DNA of 64,000 bases, taken from assembly GCF_048593235.1 (NCBI RefSeq), contig NC_133617.1:488912958-488976957 (forward strand), read 5' to 3'. Shown here in pieces: positions 49,540 to 64,000 of the stretch (the first letter of the stretch is position 1; each line of letters starts with the position of its first letter). This DNA is from Sminthopsis crassicaudata (lineage: Eukaryota). A program made the translations under genes and the position numbers. Below the pieces are notes generated by a model. That model was not told the DNA's origin, made no database searches, and saw nothing but the letters and a program-made list of their open reading frames with translations.

Positions 49540-51360
49540 CTACCCCGCCTGAGAAGGCGGGGCTTCCCGATAGTTTACCCTGATTCAGGCTCTCTCGAGG
49601 GCCGCCTAGTCCGCCAGGGGCTCATCAGAGCGCACACTACATAAATTTTTTGACTCGGCTTCCTCGGGACAAAGCCTATCAGACAGGGCCCGCTGCGCTC
49701 CCGGGGACGGTCTCCGCAGGTCGCCTCTCCTCTGTCCGAGAGCACTTTGGAATTCACCGTCAGTTCTCTTCTTGGCTGCCAGGGGTCAGCCTTCTACAAG
49801 TTGCTCCAGTGCGCCTGCTTCCAAGCTTTGGCTGGTCTGGAGAGCGTCTCCCCTCCCTGACGGCCGGCTGTTTCCCCCTTTTGTTTAGAATTCACGCACT
49901 TTCTAACTGTTGGAGTGAGCCCATGGGGCGCGTAACTCTGCCAACAGTGGAAGGGGAGCCGCCTCTTCCTGCTGCCCGGGACAGCGGCTCCGAGCCCGGC
50001 ACCTTGCAGCTGGTTCTCACCCACTGACAGTGACCCCTTACCGTGTGTGCCGGGCCCTGCGATGGGGGCTTGGGATACAAAGAAAGGCAAAAACAGTCCA
50101 GAACTCCAGCCGCTCACATGCTCCTGGAGGAGGCCACGTGCAACTACTGTGCTATGTCCAGGCGAGGCAGCCATGGTCACTTGGAGACAACCTCCGAGAG
50201 AGGGCAGGCGCTCCTCAAGTCGGGTGGGGTTTGCGGGGGGGCTCCAGAAGCAGGGGCCAGCCTGCGGGGCGCCCGCCGCAGATCTAGCGCTTCACCTGAA
50301 GAGGGGCCTCAGTCTCGGCCCCCGGTGCAGCGCCTGTTTCACAAAGGAAGAAACTAGTGTGGAGGAGACACGGGCAGCGGAGCTATTAAACCCGGGTTCT
50401 CTGGGCAGCGACAGCGCGCTTCCTCCTCTAACGAGGCATTGGCTGGTTGGGTGAAGTCTAAAAAGCCTTTATCTAATTAGTTTCCGACTCAGTCCCTGAC
50501 CCACCGAGCCGTCACTGCCAGCAGAGGATAAGCCTGCAGGAAAAGGCCTCCGGCGAATCAGGCCGCCGCCGCCGAGGTCGAGGCTCTGTCCCCTTCCCCG
50601 CAAAGAAAGGCGGGGGCTTTCTCTGACCAGCGCTAACGGGGTCACCTCCGTTACACAGAGCCGAACAAGGATGTGAAGGGCGGAAGTCACTCCTCGGGCG
50701 AGGAGAACACTGAGGGCAGGAGGGAGGATCTTGAGCAGAAGCTCACGGGTCAGTTCTGGGGTTCTTCCCCAAATCTCGCAACTTCGCCGGAGTCCTCAGC
50801 GAGGCCATGCCAAAGAAACTACAATGCCCAGGAGGCCCTGGTCCCTCGGCGTAGGTTTCTTTTATCTACGTCATCACGTAGGAACCGGAGACGGGAGGAG
50901 GGAGGAGAGCCCCGAAGGAGGAGGAGGGGGAGGAGAAAAAGGAGGAGGAGAAGGAGGAGGAGGAGGAGTGGGGAGGGGGGGAGATAACTGGGGGAGGCAG
51001 CGTCCGAACGAACGTGCAGACCGCTTGCTTCAGCTTCTTCCTCTCTCTCGCTCTGGCACCCGTGTCGGATCCGCTCTGTTCCTCGTCCCACTCTCTTCCT
51101 GGCCCAGGCGGTAAGTGAGGGCCTCTCATGGCATACCCCCCACGCGGCCCCTACCATTGCGGGGTCTTACATGGCAGGCCCTGAAGAGGGATCTACCACT
51201 ACGCCGACGTGGGGGGTGAGGGGGAGGGGGAAGGAAGGGAGGCGATGGAAGGAAGGAATGGCATTGGAGGTTACCCGGGCGCTACCATATGTTGGGGGGT
51301 AGTGTGGAGGAGAAGGGAGGGGGAAGAGCAGCGTAGGAGGTGTCCCCGGGATAGAGGAAC
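49540..51360. promoter_or_regulatory. BCKDK CpG island / promoter and non-coding exon 1 (donor G|GTAAGT after 51110)
   Basis: CpG-rich; ETS motif CGGAAGT near 50681; CRE-like ACGTCA near 50868. Confidence 0.75.
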
Positions 51361-51958
51361 TCGGGGAGTCCCTACCTCCCCATCCCCCAGGTTGGATTGG
51401 TCACTGATGACCAGGGCCCCCCCCCCCCCCCCCACCTCTGCTGGGTCCTTTTTTATCTGGTCTTTTGTGCATAGAGCCTCTTTGAGGGCTGTCAGCTGCT
51501 TGGTGCTTTTCTGGCAGGGTCCAACCTCCCTGTCCTCAGGAGGCTGCCTTTCACCAGGCTGCTGAAGTCTGTTTCCTGCAGAAGGGGAAAGAAGGGTCAG
51601 CCCCTGCCCTCCTCCTCACTCCCCCTCCTTCAGCATCAGAAACTGCTCTCCTCCCTGGAATTGGGGCCTGGAGATACCTTTAGTAGGGAAATCTGTCTAA
51701 TTTGGGGACCCAATGTAAGGGTGTCCCCAGAACAGTTTCAGGGAAATCCCGGGAGGTGGAACTGTTCTCGTGGTCACATCCTTCTCTACTTTCTTCCTAT
51801 AGATGGGAGTGGGTCTACCAGGCCTACCCTTTGTTTCCTGTCCTCCCCCCTAAATCTCAGGTGAGCCAGCTCCCCCTAGCCTCACCCAGCCAATTCTGAC
51901 CCACCTCCTGGGTTCACTTGGAGGCCCATCAAGAGGATAAACAGGGGGGGATAGGACA

Positions 51959-52147
51959 ATGCTCTTAGCATCAGTGCTGGGGGGCGGCCCCCGTGGGGGT
52001 TCCCCACTCTGGCCACTGGCTTCCCCGGCTCTTCGATTCTGGTCCACTTCGGCCACTGACACCCATCACATGGAACTGGCCAGAGAGCGGTCCAAGACTG
52101 TCACCTCTTTCTACAACCAGTCAGCCATTGATGCTGCAGCTGAGAAG
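51959..52147 (+). CDS. BCKDK: BCKDK coding exon 1
   Basis: MLLASVLG...[17 protein letters not shown]|gt. Confidence 0.95.
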
Positions 52148-52250
52148 GTGGGATATGCTAGAGGAAAAGAGTACTCCATGGTGGGGAAAAATTGGAGGAG
52201 ATAGCAAAGTTTATGTTAGGAAGCTATCAATCATCTGTCCGTATTTTCAG

Positions 52251-52319
52251 CCTTCTGTCCGTCTCACTCCCACCATGATGTTGTACTCAGGCCGTTCCCA
52301 GGATGGCAGCCACCTGCTG
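52251..52319 (+). CDS. BCKDK: BCKDK coding exon 2
   Basis: PSVRLTPTMMLYSGRSQDGSHLL. Confidence 0.95.
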
Positions 52320-52406
52320 GTAAGCATCTTGTGGTCCTTCTCCTTGAGCCCACCTATCATTCACCACATCACCGCTACTCCCTTTTTATATCCTGCTCTT
52401 GTTTGA

Positions 52407-52658
<252 letters not shown>

Positions 52659-53067
52659 TAGGTGGAGAGAAGGGGGAGGGGTGGAAAAATACCATAAAAT
52701 GTCAAAATTGGAGAAGATTTTGGTGATCTTCTGGTGTCCAACTTCTTGTTTTCTAGACAAGAACACTGAGGTCCACGAGGTTGGGACTGGCTCAAGGTCA
52801 TGTGGCCAGTCAGGGAGAGCTAGGACTAGAACTTAGTTCCAATTCCCACATTGGCCTTTTCCCACTTAAAAGCATGAATTATGAGCTGGCTTTATAGCGT
52901 GCTGCCTCCTTAACTGCTAAAGATCTGGTATTAGGAGAATGTGTACATCTGTGGGACACTGAATGACTTAGAGAGGGTAAGAGGCAGCTGGACAAAGGGG
53001 CCAAAGCGTAATTAATTAGCCCTGTAATCCTCCTCTCTTCTCCCTTTACCATTACTTTTCCTTTCAG

Positions 53068-53115
53068 CATGAACTCTATATCCGAGCCTTCCAAAAGCTG
53101 AGTGAATTTGCCCCG
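53068..53115 (+). CDS. BCKDK: BCKDK coding exon 4
   Basis: HELYIRAFQKLSEFAP. Confidence 0.95.
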
Positions 53116-53236
53116 GTAAGGTGGGAGAATCCTGGGGAACTGGGGGGACTGGAGGAACAGAGAAAGCATGTGCAGAATTTCTAGAAGGGAATAGTCTGTA
53201 GGGTTTGGAGGGCTGGAGGGCATGTTAGAAAGGTAA

Positions 53237-53708
<472 letters not shown>

Positions 53709-53859
53709 TAGGGATCAGATAACAGTCTTCTAGGTCAGAGCTCCCTTTGAGCTTGTGGCTTGAGATTGATCTAGAGACAGCTGAATCTGCTGGGGGAGGG
53801 TTTCTTGGCTAGAAGGGAGCTGCCTTCTTCAACATCCATATATCTTCTTCCCCTTCCAG

Positions 53860-53933
53860 CCTGACTTTGTGGGGATCATCTGTACTCGACTCTCCCCAAA
53901 GAAGATCATTGAGAAGTGGGTGGACTTTGCCAG
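53860..53933 (+). CDS. BCKDK: BCKDK coding exon 7
   Basis: [24 protein letters not shown]. Confidence 0.95.
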
Positions 53934-54001
53934 GTGAGGGGCAGACAAGGAGAGGGAAACTAGAAGAGGGGGGGACTACCTGAGGATGCTGAGCAAGCTG
54001 A

Positions 54002-54335
<334 letters not shown>

Positions 54336-54660
54336 GTTTGGAGGGGGATAGATTTTAAGAACCTACTGAGTAATTCAAGGAGACTAGGGTATAGGTGGTG
54401 GCAGGCTGAGGCCAGAAGTGGGGAAGGGCAGCATCCTGAGCCCTGGATTCTAGAGAGGGGGCTGTTGTAGATAAGATCAGAAGATAATAACCTGCCCTAG
54501 CAGAGCTGTCTAACTTGTATATACACGAAGAAACAGGGCTGCAAGCCCATGAGATCCAGAGGAAAAGAGAAGTTGGAGGGGGTGATTTAAGAAGGGAAGG
54601 TCTTCTGCTAGGAATGATCCCTGCAGATGGCCTTAGTGTGGTGTGGCTGGCTTCTGTTAG

Positions 54661-54819
54661 AATTTCAGATCGGGGTGGGGGCATCGCTCATCACCACTTG
54701 GACAAAGTGATGGACTACCATTTCACTACGGCCGAAGCCAGCACTCAGGATCCCCGAATTAGTCCGCTTTTTGGTCACTTGGATACAAACAGCAATGGCC
54801 AGTCAGGACCTATGCATGG
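54661..54819 (+). CDS. BCKDK: BCKDK coding exon 10
   Basis: [27 protein letters not shown]...SGPMH. Confidence 0.95.
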
Positions 54820-54823
54820 GTGA

Positions 54824-55063
<240 letters not shown>

Positions 55064-55571
55064 CCCATCTAGCCTGCCCTTGCTCGGGCCCTCCCCGGGG
55101 ACTTGCCAGGGGAAGCTGCCTGCTTCTTTCCCTCTTCTCACCATAATACTGTCAAGTCCCCCCATTCCTTCCAGGTCTTGCAAATTGGTCTGCAGTATTC
55201 AGAGCCAGGAGCTCCCCTCAGGACCTTTGTTAATGGCTTGTCAGGAATCTCTGAACCATTTTTTCCCTTGCTGTTTAACCTTGGACTCTGGGTAATCAGG
55301 ACTTAGACTCCCAGCCCCCCTGAGCCCAGTAGACCAGGGTTATTAACTCAAGAATTTCTACCCCTCGGTTACTGCAGTCCTTCCTTTCAAAGCCTTCCTC
55401 ATTTTTCCTACCTTCTCTGCCTCTGGCTTTTTGACCCAGAGCTGCAGATGATGGGGTAGAGGGAGCTTTGGAGACCCCAGAGGCCTCCTTCGGTATATAT
55501 GTTGCTGGGGAAGTGGGCTTGGGGGTCCTTGAATCCCCATTCCCCTCCCCATCCACTGCTGTGTTTGTAAT

Positions 55572-55577
55572 ATTAAA
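55572..55577 (+). terminator. BCKDK polyadenylation signal (ATTAAA)
   Basis: About 510 nt after the stop; followed by GT-rich sequence. Confidence 0.65.
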
Positions 55578-57399
55578 GTGCACATTTTGAAAGCCCCTCC
55601 CCCAGGGCACGGTGTGTGTGTCCTGGCTGGCTGGAGGACAGCCAGACTTTCCTGTCTGTCTTTTCCCAGGACAAAGCTGGGGCTCACTTTGTCTCTTCCC
55701 TCTTGTCCACAGACAGGTAGGCCTGGCTGGGGGTGGGACACACTTTCCTTTTCCAGGAGATTAATGGGGATAGCAACCATCTATTTCATTTTACAGATAA
55801 CTGAAGCCCAGAAAATAGTGACTTGTCTTAAGACCATCTAGGGTAGTGAGTAACAGAAAGATTTCAACTCTTTTCTGATCTGAAATCCAGTTCTTTCTGA
55901 GTTTTTCTTCTGTCATAATTAGACCATCTTCCCTAAGTTCTAAGCCTAATTCTGGGGTCTTCTATATTTTTGTTAGTACCTTTGTGGGGCCAAAGACCTG
56001 TTGGAAGTGAGGAGGAATGTCTGGTGAGATCTTTAGTTTAGCTTTTCCAAAATAGGAATAATTGTCAATTATGACATATCCTTGGGCTGCTCTTATTTCC
56101 CCAAAGCTCCTTATTTCTATTTCCTTTCCGTTGTCCAAGGTTAGTGAGGTCATGAGGTGTCTGACATTCTGAACCCAGGTGGTTGTTAAAAATACTCACA
56201 CTCAGCTGGGTTGTGACACCAAGGTTGGCCTCCTGCCTGTTATGAGTCTCGGCCAGCAGACTGCCAGCGACAGGGTACATAGGAACTTTAACCAGGCCCA
56301 AAAGACAAGGAAGAGGAAGGTGGGAGATAGGGGAAAATTAGAATTGGTAAGAAATCTGGATTTAAATGAAGCACTAGACACCCGTGTAAGTAAAAAGGAA
56401 ATGTGGCAATGTAGTGTTTATTTTCTCCCTTGAGACTTCCCCTTAATTGTCAAGTCTAGGCAGGTATGGAATTCCCTGCTTCTATCTCCAGATTATTGAC
56501 TCATGAATGAGGGCTAATTAGTTTCTATCCACTGGGAGTATGCACAGGCACACACACAGCCCCACCCTCTCATAACTGTGTCTTTCTTTCTCTCAGGAGG
56601 ATGTTCAGAGGGAGTCCTGACCCATAGCTCAGATGGCCTGAACTCCAGTCACTTATTACCTTCTCTATCCTTCTATTACCTTCTCCCTTCCCCTCCCCAC
56701 AAGTGCCTGTACTAGGAGTTCAGCTCATGACCAAGAGGCCTTGAGAAGGAAAGGAGGAGAAATGACAAGTGCCAGTTGCTCTGAACTGTTCAAGTTCATA
56801 GTATGTCTTTGAGCAATAAGGTCTGCTTCCCTTGTTCTTGGAAGAAAATCAATTTAGAAAAGAACATAGGATCCAGACCTAGTCTTTGAGATTAGCCCTC
56901 TTCACACATGCTCAGAGGCTGGAAATACTCAAGTTGAAGGGCTGGTCGGGGGTTCATGGACCACAGTTTCTTAAACTGAGTCCACGGATGACTTTGGGTA
57001 GATATGGACTTTAGGATAGAAAAAATTGAATTTCCTTTGTGGCCCTTGCGTGATGTGCTTGGAAACGTTCTGAGGAGAGTCCCTAAGGTTCCAAGGCTGC
57101 CTCAACCGTCCCTCCCTTTCTTTCAGCCGTCCACACTCATGTCCGAACTCTTAAGATCTTTGGGAGCCGAGCTGGCACCACCCCATTCTCTCAGAGGCAT
57201 CTGGGTGTCCTGGAGAGAGGTCTGGGCTTGGATTTAGAGTATTCTCAAATACCAGCTAAGCCACTTGTAGTTGTGCGACTTTGCATCTGTTGCTTCACCT
57301 CTGCATCTGTAAAATGGAAACATTTTGCATGAAATCATAATCCCAGGGTGGTAGAGATCAACGCTTTCGGTAAACCTTGAAAATAAGAACGAAGGTCGG

Positions 57400-58900
57400 G
57401 GTGGGGGTGGGGACGACTCTAGAAGCGGAAAAAGGTCAGCACCGGCATGGAGTTCTCACTACTTCTCTATAGTAGCCGTTGCCCGGCAACAAGGCATGCA
57501 GTTCGGGCCACCCATTCTCCAATTCCATCGTTTCCGGCTAAAAAGAATGTGATCCCCTCTCCACCCTAATTCGGAATTTAGGCAGTTTATGGGCGTAGCC
57601 CAGAAGAAACGGAGACGTCTTCATGACGTAGCAAAGAGGGCGTCCCTGCTTGCGAACGCTCAACCTTAGGTCGTACGGAAGAAAGGGGGGCGGGAGAGAG
57701 AAACGAAGTCGCCCGGGCCGCGCCCCCTCATGGTCGGTGCCACTCTAAGCGACTTAATCGCGGTACGTAACGTCACGCGGTTCCGCCTCCCCTTTGCTTC
57801 TAAAGGCCCTATTCTGCCGTACGGGACCCGGAAGTTAGGGGGTATCGAGGCGCCTGATTCTTACGTCACTTCCGACCGGTTCGATGGCGACTGCAAGCTC
57901 AGCTACAGCGGCCACGGTCGGAGCCCCGGGGGAGGGCGAGGCCGGGGGCGGGGAGAGAGCAGTCGCTGAAGGGACCTCCCCGCCCCCAGGCCGCGCCTCC
58001 CCTCCGGCCCCGGCCCGCGGCGAGCCCGAGGTCACGGTGGAGATCGGAGAAACCTACCTGTGCCGACGTCCGGACAGCACTTGGCGTAAGGGCGGGGATG
58101 AGGATGAGCGCCGGGAGGGATGGGCTGGGGTGGGTGGCAGTCCCTCCCGGGCTGACCCGGCTCGGGGCTCGGGGAGGTCTGCGGGATCTTCGCCTTGGAG
58201 CATCCCTGGCCGTGGAAGGGCCGCGGTCTGTGCGGAGCCTGGGGCTGGGGTTCGGTGACCGCGCTTAAACTTTAGAAGGCCGCCCAGGGTAAAAGCGAGA
58301 GAAGTGCAAGTGTCTGGCGCCGGAGCTCTCCCAGAAGGGGGGCGGCCGCGATTCGGTGGGACTCTGCTCCGGAGCCGAGCTGCTACCGTTAATCCCGTTT
58401 GTGGGCGGGGACTGGGCGCGGTTTACCCAGCTTCTCACAGCTGGCGGTTTAAGCGCCTGGGAGCCCGGGCCGCGCCTGACTTTATTGAGAAACGGATGAG
58501 TGTCGGAGACGCAGCTCCGGGGGTGGTGGTGGGGGCCGGAGCCAGCCCGCCGCCGCTTCCCGGAAGCGTTAAAGCGGGCCTGTCTCCCCCTGGCACCGTC
58601 TCCTATCCGTCTGCGGACGCGCCCTCCGCATTTTAGAGAGCGATGATTAAGTGCTGTGTACGATGGAGCTCCCTGTCCTCCAAGGGAAGAGGCGCATCCA
58701 CCAGCGGCGGGGCGTCTCACTGCACAACAGTGCCCGCGGGACGTCCGCCAAGGTGGGAGGGAGATGTGTCCGACCCCAGAGGCCATGGGGAGCCGCTGGC
58801 GGTCTTTCAGCGAGCCTAACGCTGTCGGAGCTGCAGTTGGGAACATCCCCGGAGCGAGGGAAGGGGCTGGGAAGGCCCTTAGGCAGGAAGAGCAGTTAGC
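57400..58900. promoter_or_regulatory. KAT8 CpG island / promoter
   Basis: X-box GTTGCCCGGCAAC at 57478-57490; ETS site CCGGAAGT near 57828; overlapping CRE-ETS ACGTCACTTCCG at 57863-57874. Confidence 0.8.
57884..58085 (+). CDS. KAT8: KAT8 exon 1
   Basis: MATASS...[22 protein letters not shown]; donor C|GTAAGG. Confidence 0.95.
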
Positions 58901-59308
58901 TGGTTACTGATCATCCTGACAACCCCGGAAGAGGAGTGCTGTCATTAGAGTGAGGCCAGATTTGAGCTCACTCTTCATGACTGGACGCAGCAGTTATTGC
59001 CCTGATCTCCTGACATCTCATTTGTCTTTAGCTTTTTGGGGAGTGGCCTGGAAGAAAGGTTCTTTTAATCTCTGCTGTCCCAAGAGATTCCTCTCATTTT
59101 TGTTTATATTCTTGAAAATAGCTTCAGGTACTGAGATTAAGGAACTTGTTCCAAGCTCCAAGGCCAGCCAGCTCTCCACTATGCAGTACTGCCTCTCCCA
59201 AAAGATGCCATTTCCTGCTTTAAAAGGAACAAAATCTTTTCAGTGATTACCTGTGCCCCCTAGCTGAATAGAAACTCTTAATTCTTCTTGATTGAAAATC
59301 ACTGAAGA

Positions 59309-59455
59309 GGGGCAGCTAGGTGGCCCAGTGGATAGAGCACCTGAAGTCAGGAGGACCTGAGTTCAAATATAGTCTCAGACACTTCACACTAGCTCTGTGA
59401 CCCTGGGCAAGTCATTTGACCCAAATTGCCTCAGCAAGAAAGAAAGAAAGAAAAA
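59309..59455 (+). mobile_element. CORE-SINE in KAT8 intron 1
   Basis: Imperfect TSD gaaaa(t/g)cactg(a/g)aga. Confidence 0.9.
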
Positions 59456-59489
59456 GAAAAGCACTGGAGACTGTCACAAGGTGAATTGA

Positions 59490-59984
<495 letters not shown>

Positions 59985-60045
59985 TAGGATCTGGATTGGG
60001 GAGGTGGTGGAAGCTATGAGTTTTCTTTTAACTTTTCACCTCTCT

Positions 60046-60413
<368 letters not shown>

Positions 60414-61613
60414 TAGAGGCTGAGGTAGCCTGAGAGGTAGCCAAGACATAGGAGCTTTGTGATAGGCTTTTCCATGGAATGATTAACTGAGACACTCTGG
60501 GAAAAGGCACTTAAACTTTCTGCATTTAATTCCTCTGTAACAAGAAGGAGGTGACCAAGTTATGCTTCTCCTTTTTGTTCTAAAGTTATATTAAATGTGG
60601 CATTCACAATTATTACTACTTGGCTCTGTATTTTAAGTGCGTAAGATATGAAAATAAACAAGAATTCCCTTGAGTAGCTCTTGAGATCTATATACATTTT
60701 ACATCAATGAGTTAAATCAATAAGAAAAGTCAAGAGATCTGAGATATTTAAGGCAGGTAGGACCCCTTCAAGCTAGAAGGATCAGGAAGTTTCATTGAGG
60801 AGGTGGCACCTGATCTATGTGTGAATTTGGAGACAGATTTCAACAGGCCGAGATAAAGAAGTGGGAGGAAGGAAGTAGTAGATTGCTTTGAGAATAAGGA
60901 AATAGCATTTGTCAATTTCATTGAGGATAGATGAGATCATGGAATTATGAGGAGTCTAGTAAAGAAGGAGTGTAGTGGGTAAAGGATGTCCTGTACTTAT
61001 TTTCCCCGTGAGGCAAACTTTCTATTGACTTACATTTCCCACAGCTTGCTAGAGGACAAGGTCTAATTCCTTTCTGTTCTGCCCCATTCTTTAATTCTCA
61101 GTCCACAAGCATGCTACCAAATGTAAATCATCTCTGTATGGAGAATAAAGTAGGCCTTCTGCCTTGGAAGAATTCAATCTAGTTAAGGAGAATAAGAAAA
61201 AATACAAGAAAAACAAAATTAGTAGTATTCTGTGGTAAAATGAAAATGAAAATCAGCCACAGTTAAAAAGTTGGTGAGAAAGAATGCATCGTTAAACAGG
61301 TGCCAGACTGGGTCTGTAAGAGAATGGCAGAAAAGGGATAAGATTAATCTTGAAGTTCAGGATTGGAATAGAAGGACAAAGAGGAGGAAGGGATAAAGAT
61401 ACCTTGGACCGAGATAAATCCTTTGCCTTGGAGTGGGATGGAACAAAAAGGAAAAGACTGGCCCATGTTAGATAATGGAGATCAGTAGAATTAAAAATAG
61501 TTTGGAAATTGTGTCCAAGTTGTGATGAGTTTTAAAGGGAAGCCATTGTTTAATGGGGATGTGATAGGATGAAAATGTGTTTATTCCCTCTCTTCTCTCC
61601 CTCTCCCCACCAG

Positions 61614-61667
61614 ACCTATGCAGAAATGGATCCCACAACAGCAGCACTAGAAAAGGAACATGAAGCA
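61614..61667 (+). CDS. KAT8: KAT8 exon 4
   Basis: TYAEMDPTTAALEKEHEA. Confidence 0.95.
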
Positions 61668-61767
61668 GTAAGCAGAGGGGGAATGAGGGGAGACCAGACC
61701 TCTCACTATCCTACCCCTGAATCTTCTTCCATTCAGTCTGGCCCCTTGTCACTCTCCTATCATTTGA

Positions 61768-62025
<258 letters not shown>

Positions 62026-62666
62026 TAGGGCTTGATAAACAATTGTTTGGGGGGCATGTGCATTACCATTGGGGTTTGAATAGGCAGGAAGCCAGTGGGG
62101 AAGTGGATAAAATAAAGAAAATACATTACAAGATGTCAGATTTGGAAAGGCACTTTAGGATTCAATTTATTCCAGTCCCCTTGGTGATGGGAGGGACCAG
62201 AATCCCAAATCTTTTGATATTTTTGTGAGTCATGAACTCATTGGGCAGTCTTACTTCATGAAGTAAATTCTCTAAGAATGTCTCAGAAAAATGTTTTAAA
62301 ATAGTTGAAAGAAATGCTAAATTTGAGTTAGAGATTAGTGAAAAGAAAAATAAAATCTTCCCTCTCTCCCTTTCTCTCCCCATCTGTGGACCTCAAGTTA
62401 AGAACCCTTAGTCCAGATTGTGTCCTTCATTTGATAGATGGACAGCCTGAATCTCAGAGGAGACAGATTTGTAGAAAGTCACACATTGGATTAGTAGTAA
62501 AACCCTTGTTAAAGTTTTTTTTTTTTTTTTTATTATTCCTATTGCAGTTTTTGGAGCTCTAATTTGCTATGGGAATTTTGGTTGTCAAACTTTCCCACTT
62601 GCATGCCTTTCATCTTCAGAGCTGATTCCATGATGAAAGTCAGTCTCATCTTTTCTTCCATCCTAG

Positions 62667-62756
62667 GGGCAGTGTCAGTGGAGACAGCCACCTGGCAAGG
62701 AAATTTATCGAAAGAACAACATCTCCGTGTATGAGGTGGATGGCAAAGACCACAAG
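62667..62756 (+). CDS. KAT8: KAT8 exon 6
   Basis: [30 protein letters not shown]. Confidence 0.95.
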
Positions 62757-63182
62757 GTGTGCCTCAGGGCCTTGGAATAGAATAGAAGAACTTTCCCTCA
62801 AAATGGAAGGCAGAGGAATTTCTCCTTTCCCCCATTGTTATCCTTGATGAGATCTAGAGGTATTCAAGAAATTGTTTTTGGTAAGGAAGGCCCCATGGGA
62901 GGTTTTCCCTCAAAAGTAGAGGGAAAATTATATATGCCTATGTTCAACAAACATTTAAGATTCAAGGTCCTAGGTAAACCAAAAAGCAAACAAATACTTG
63001 CTACCCACGGAAAGCTTTACTTTTATCATTCTCAGCCAGGAGAATATCCCCTAAGCAGACAGGTTTTCTTTTGTTGAGGACTTTTATTTGAAGTGGGATT
63101 GGCATGTGCCATTCTCATTCTAATTCCAAGAAGATTGAAGTTACTTTATTAAAAAGAGGGGTTTCCTGCTGGAACCCCCTAA

Positions 63183-63416
<234 letters not shown>

Positions 63417-63423
63417 TGACTAG

Positions 63424-63636
<213 letters not shown>

Positions 63637-63639
63637 TAA

Positions 63640-63792
<153 letters not shown>

Positions 63793-64000
63793 TGAGCTTG
63801 GCCAGGTACTTGTTCTTTTCTGCTACCCCAGCACCACCAGCAGGACAGCCCAGGTGAGGGGGGTACGAAAGGTGAGTATTGTGCTGTCTCTAGTTCCTCA
63901 ATCCCCAAAGGGACTGGGATGTGGCCCTGTCCTCCCCCCAATGTCCTTTTAAGGACACCGTGTGCCTGGGGCTGACAGAGGGGGAATCCCTAAGCTTTTC

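Noticed and set aside
50043-50357. Peptide LLEEATCNYC resembling the start of a TRIM RING domain
   Set aside because: The remaining RING cysteines and histidine are absent; this is a chance ORF in a GC-rich island.

Overview
Mammalian genomic DNA from a marsupial, probably a dasyurid (inferred from the CORE-SINE and L1 families present). It is orthologous to the human 16p11.2 cluster. Gene order: presumed ZNF668 5' region (-, assigned by synteny only, no coding sequence in the window) / ZNF646 (+) / PRSS53 (-, 11 coding exons, 552 aa) / VKORC1 (-, 3 coding exons, 169 aa) / about 28 kb of nested L1, SINE and LTR sequence with one 304-N gap / BCKDK (+, 11 coding exons, 410 aa) / KAT8 (+, coding exons 1-9; the gene runs off the window end). 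I traced exon boundaries by hand: all are GT-AG with consistent reading phases. Human protein comparisons are from memory. I see no new multi-gene system. Best leads: a TTAA-flanked 316-bp element with 40-bp terminal inverted repeats; a TSD-bounded, internally deleted L1 (HAL1-like); apparent gene conversion between two inverted L1 copies; a frameshift in the last ZNF646 exon; VKORC1 substitutions at warfarin-resistance positions plus a candidate extra 5' exon; a repeated YY1+TAGGACC promoter module; and a SINE inserted into a KAT8 polypyrimidine tract.
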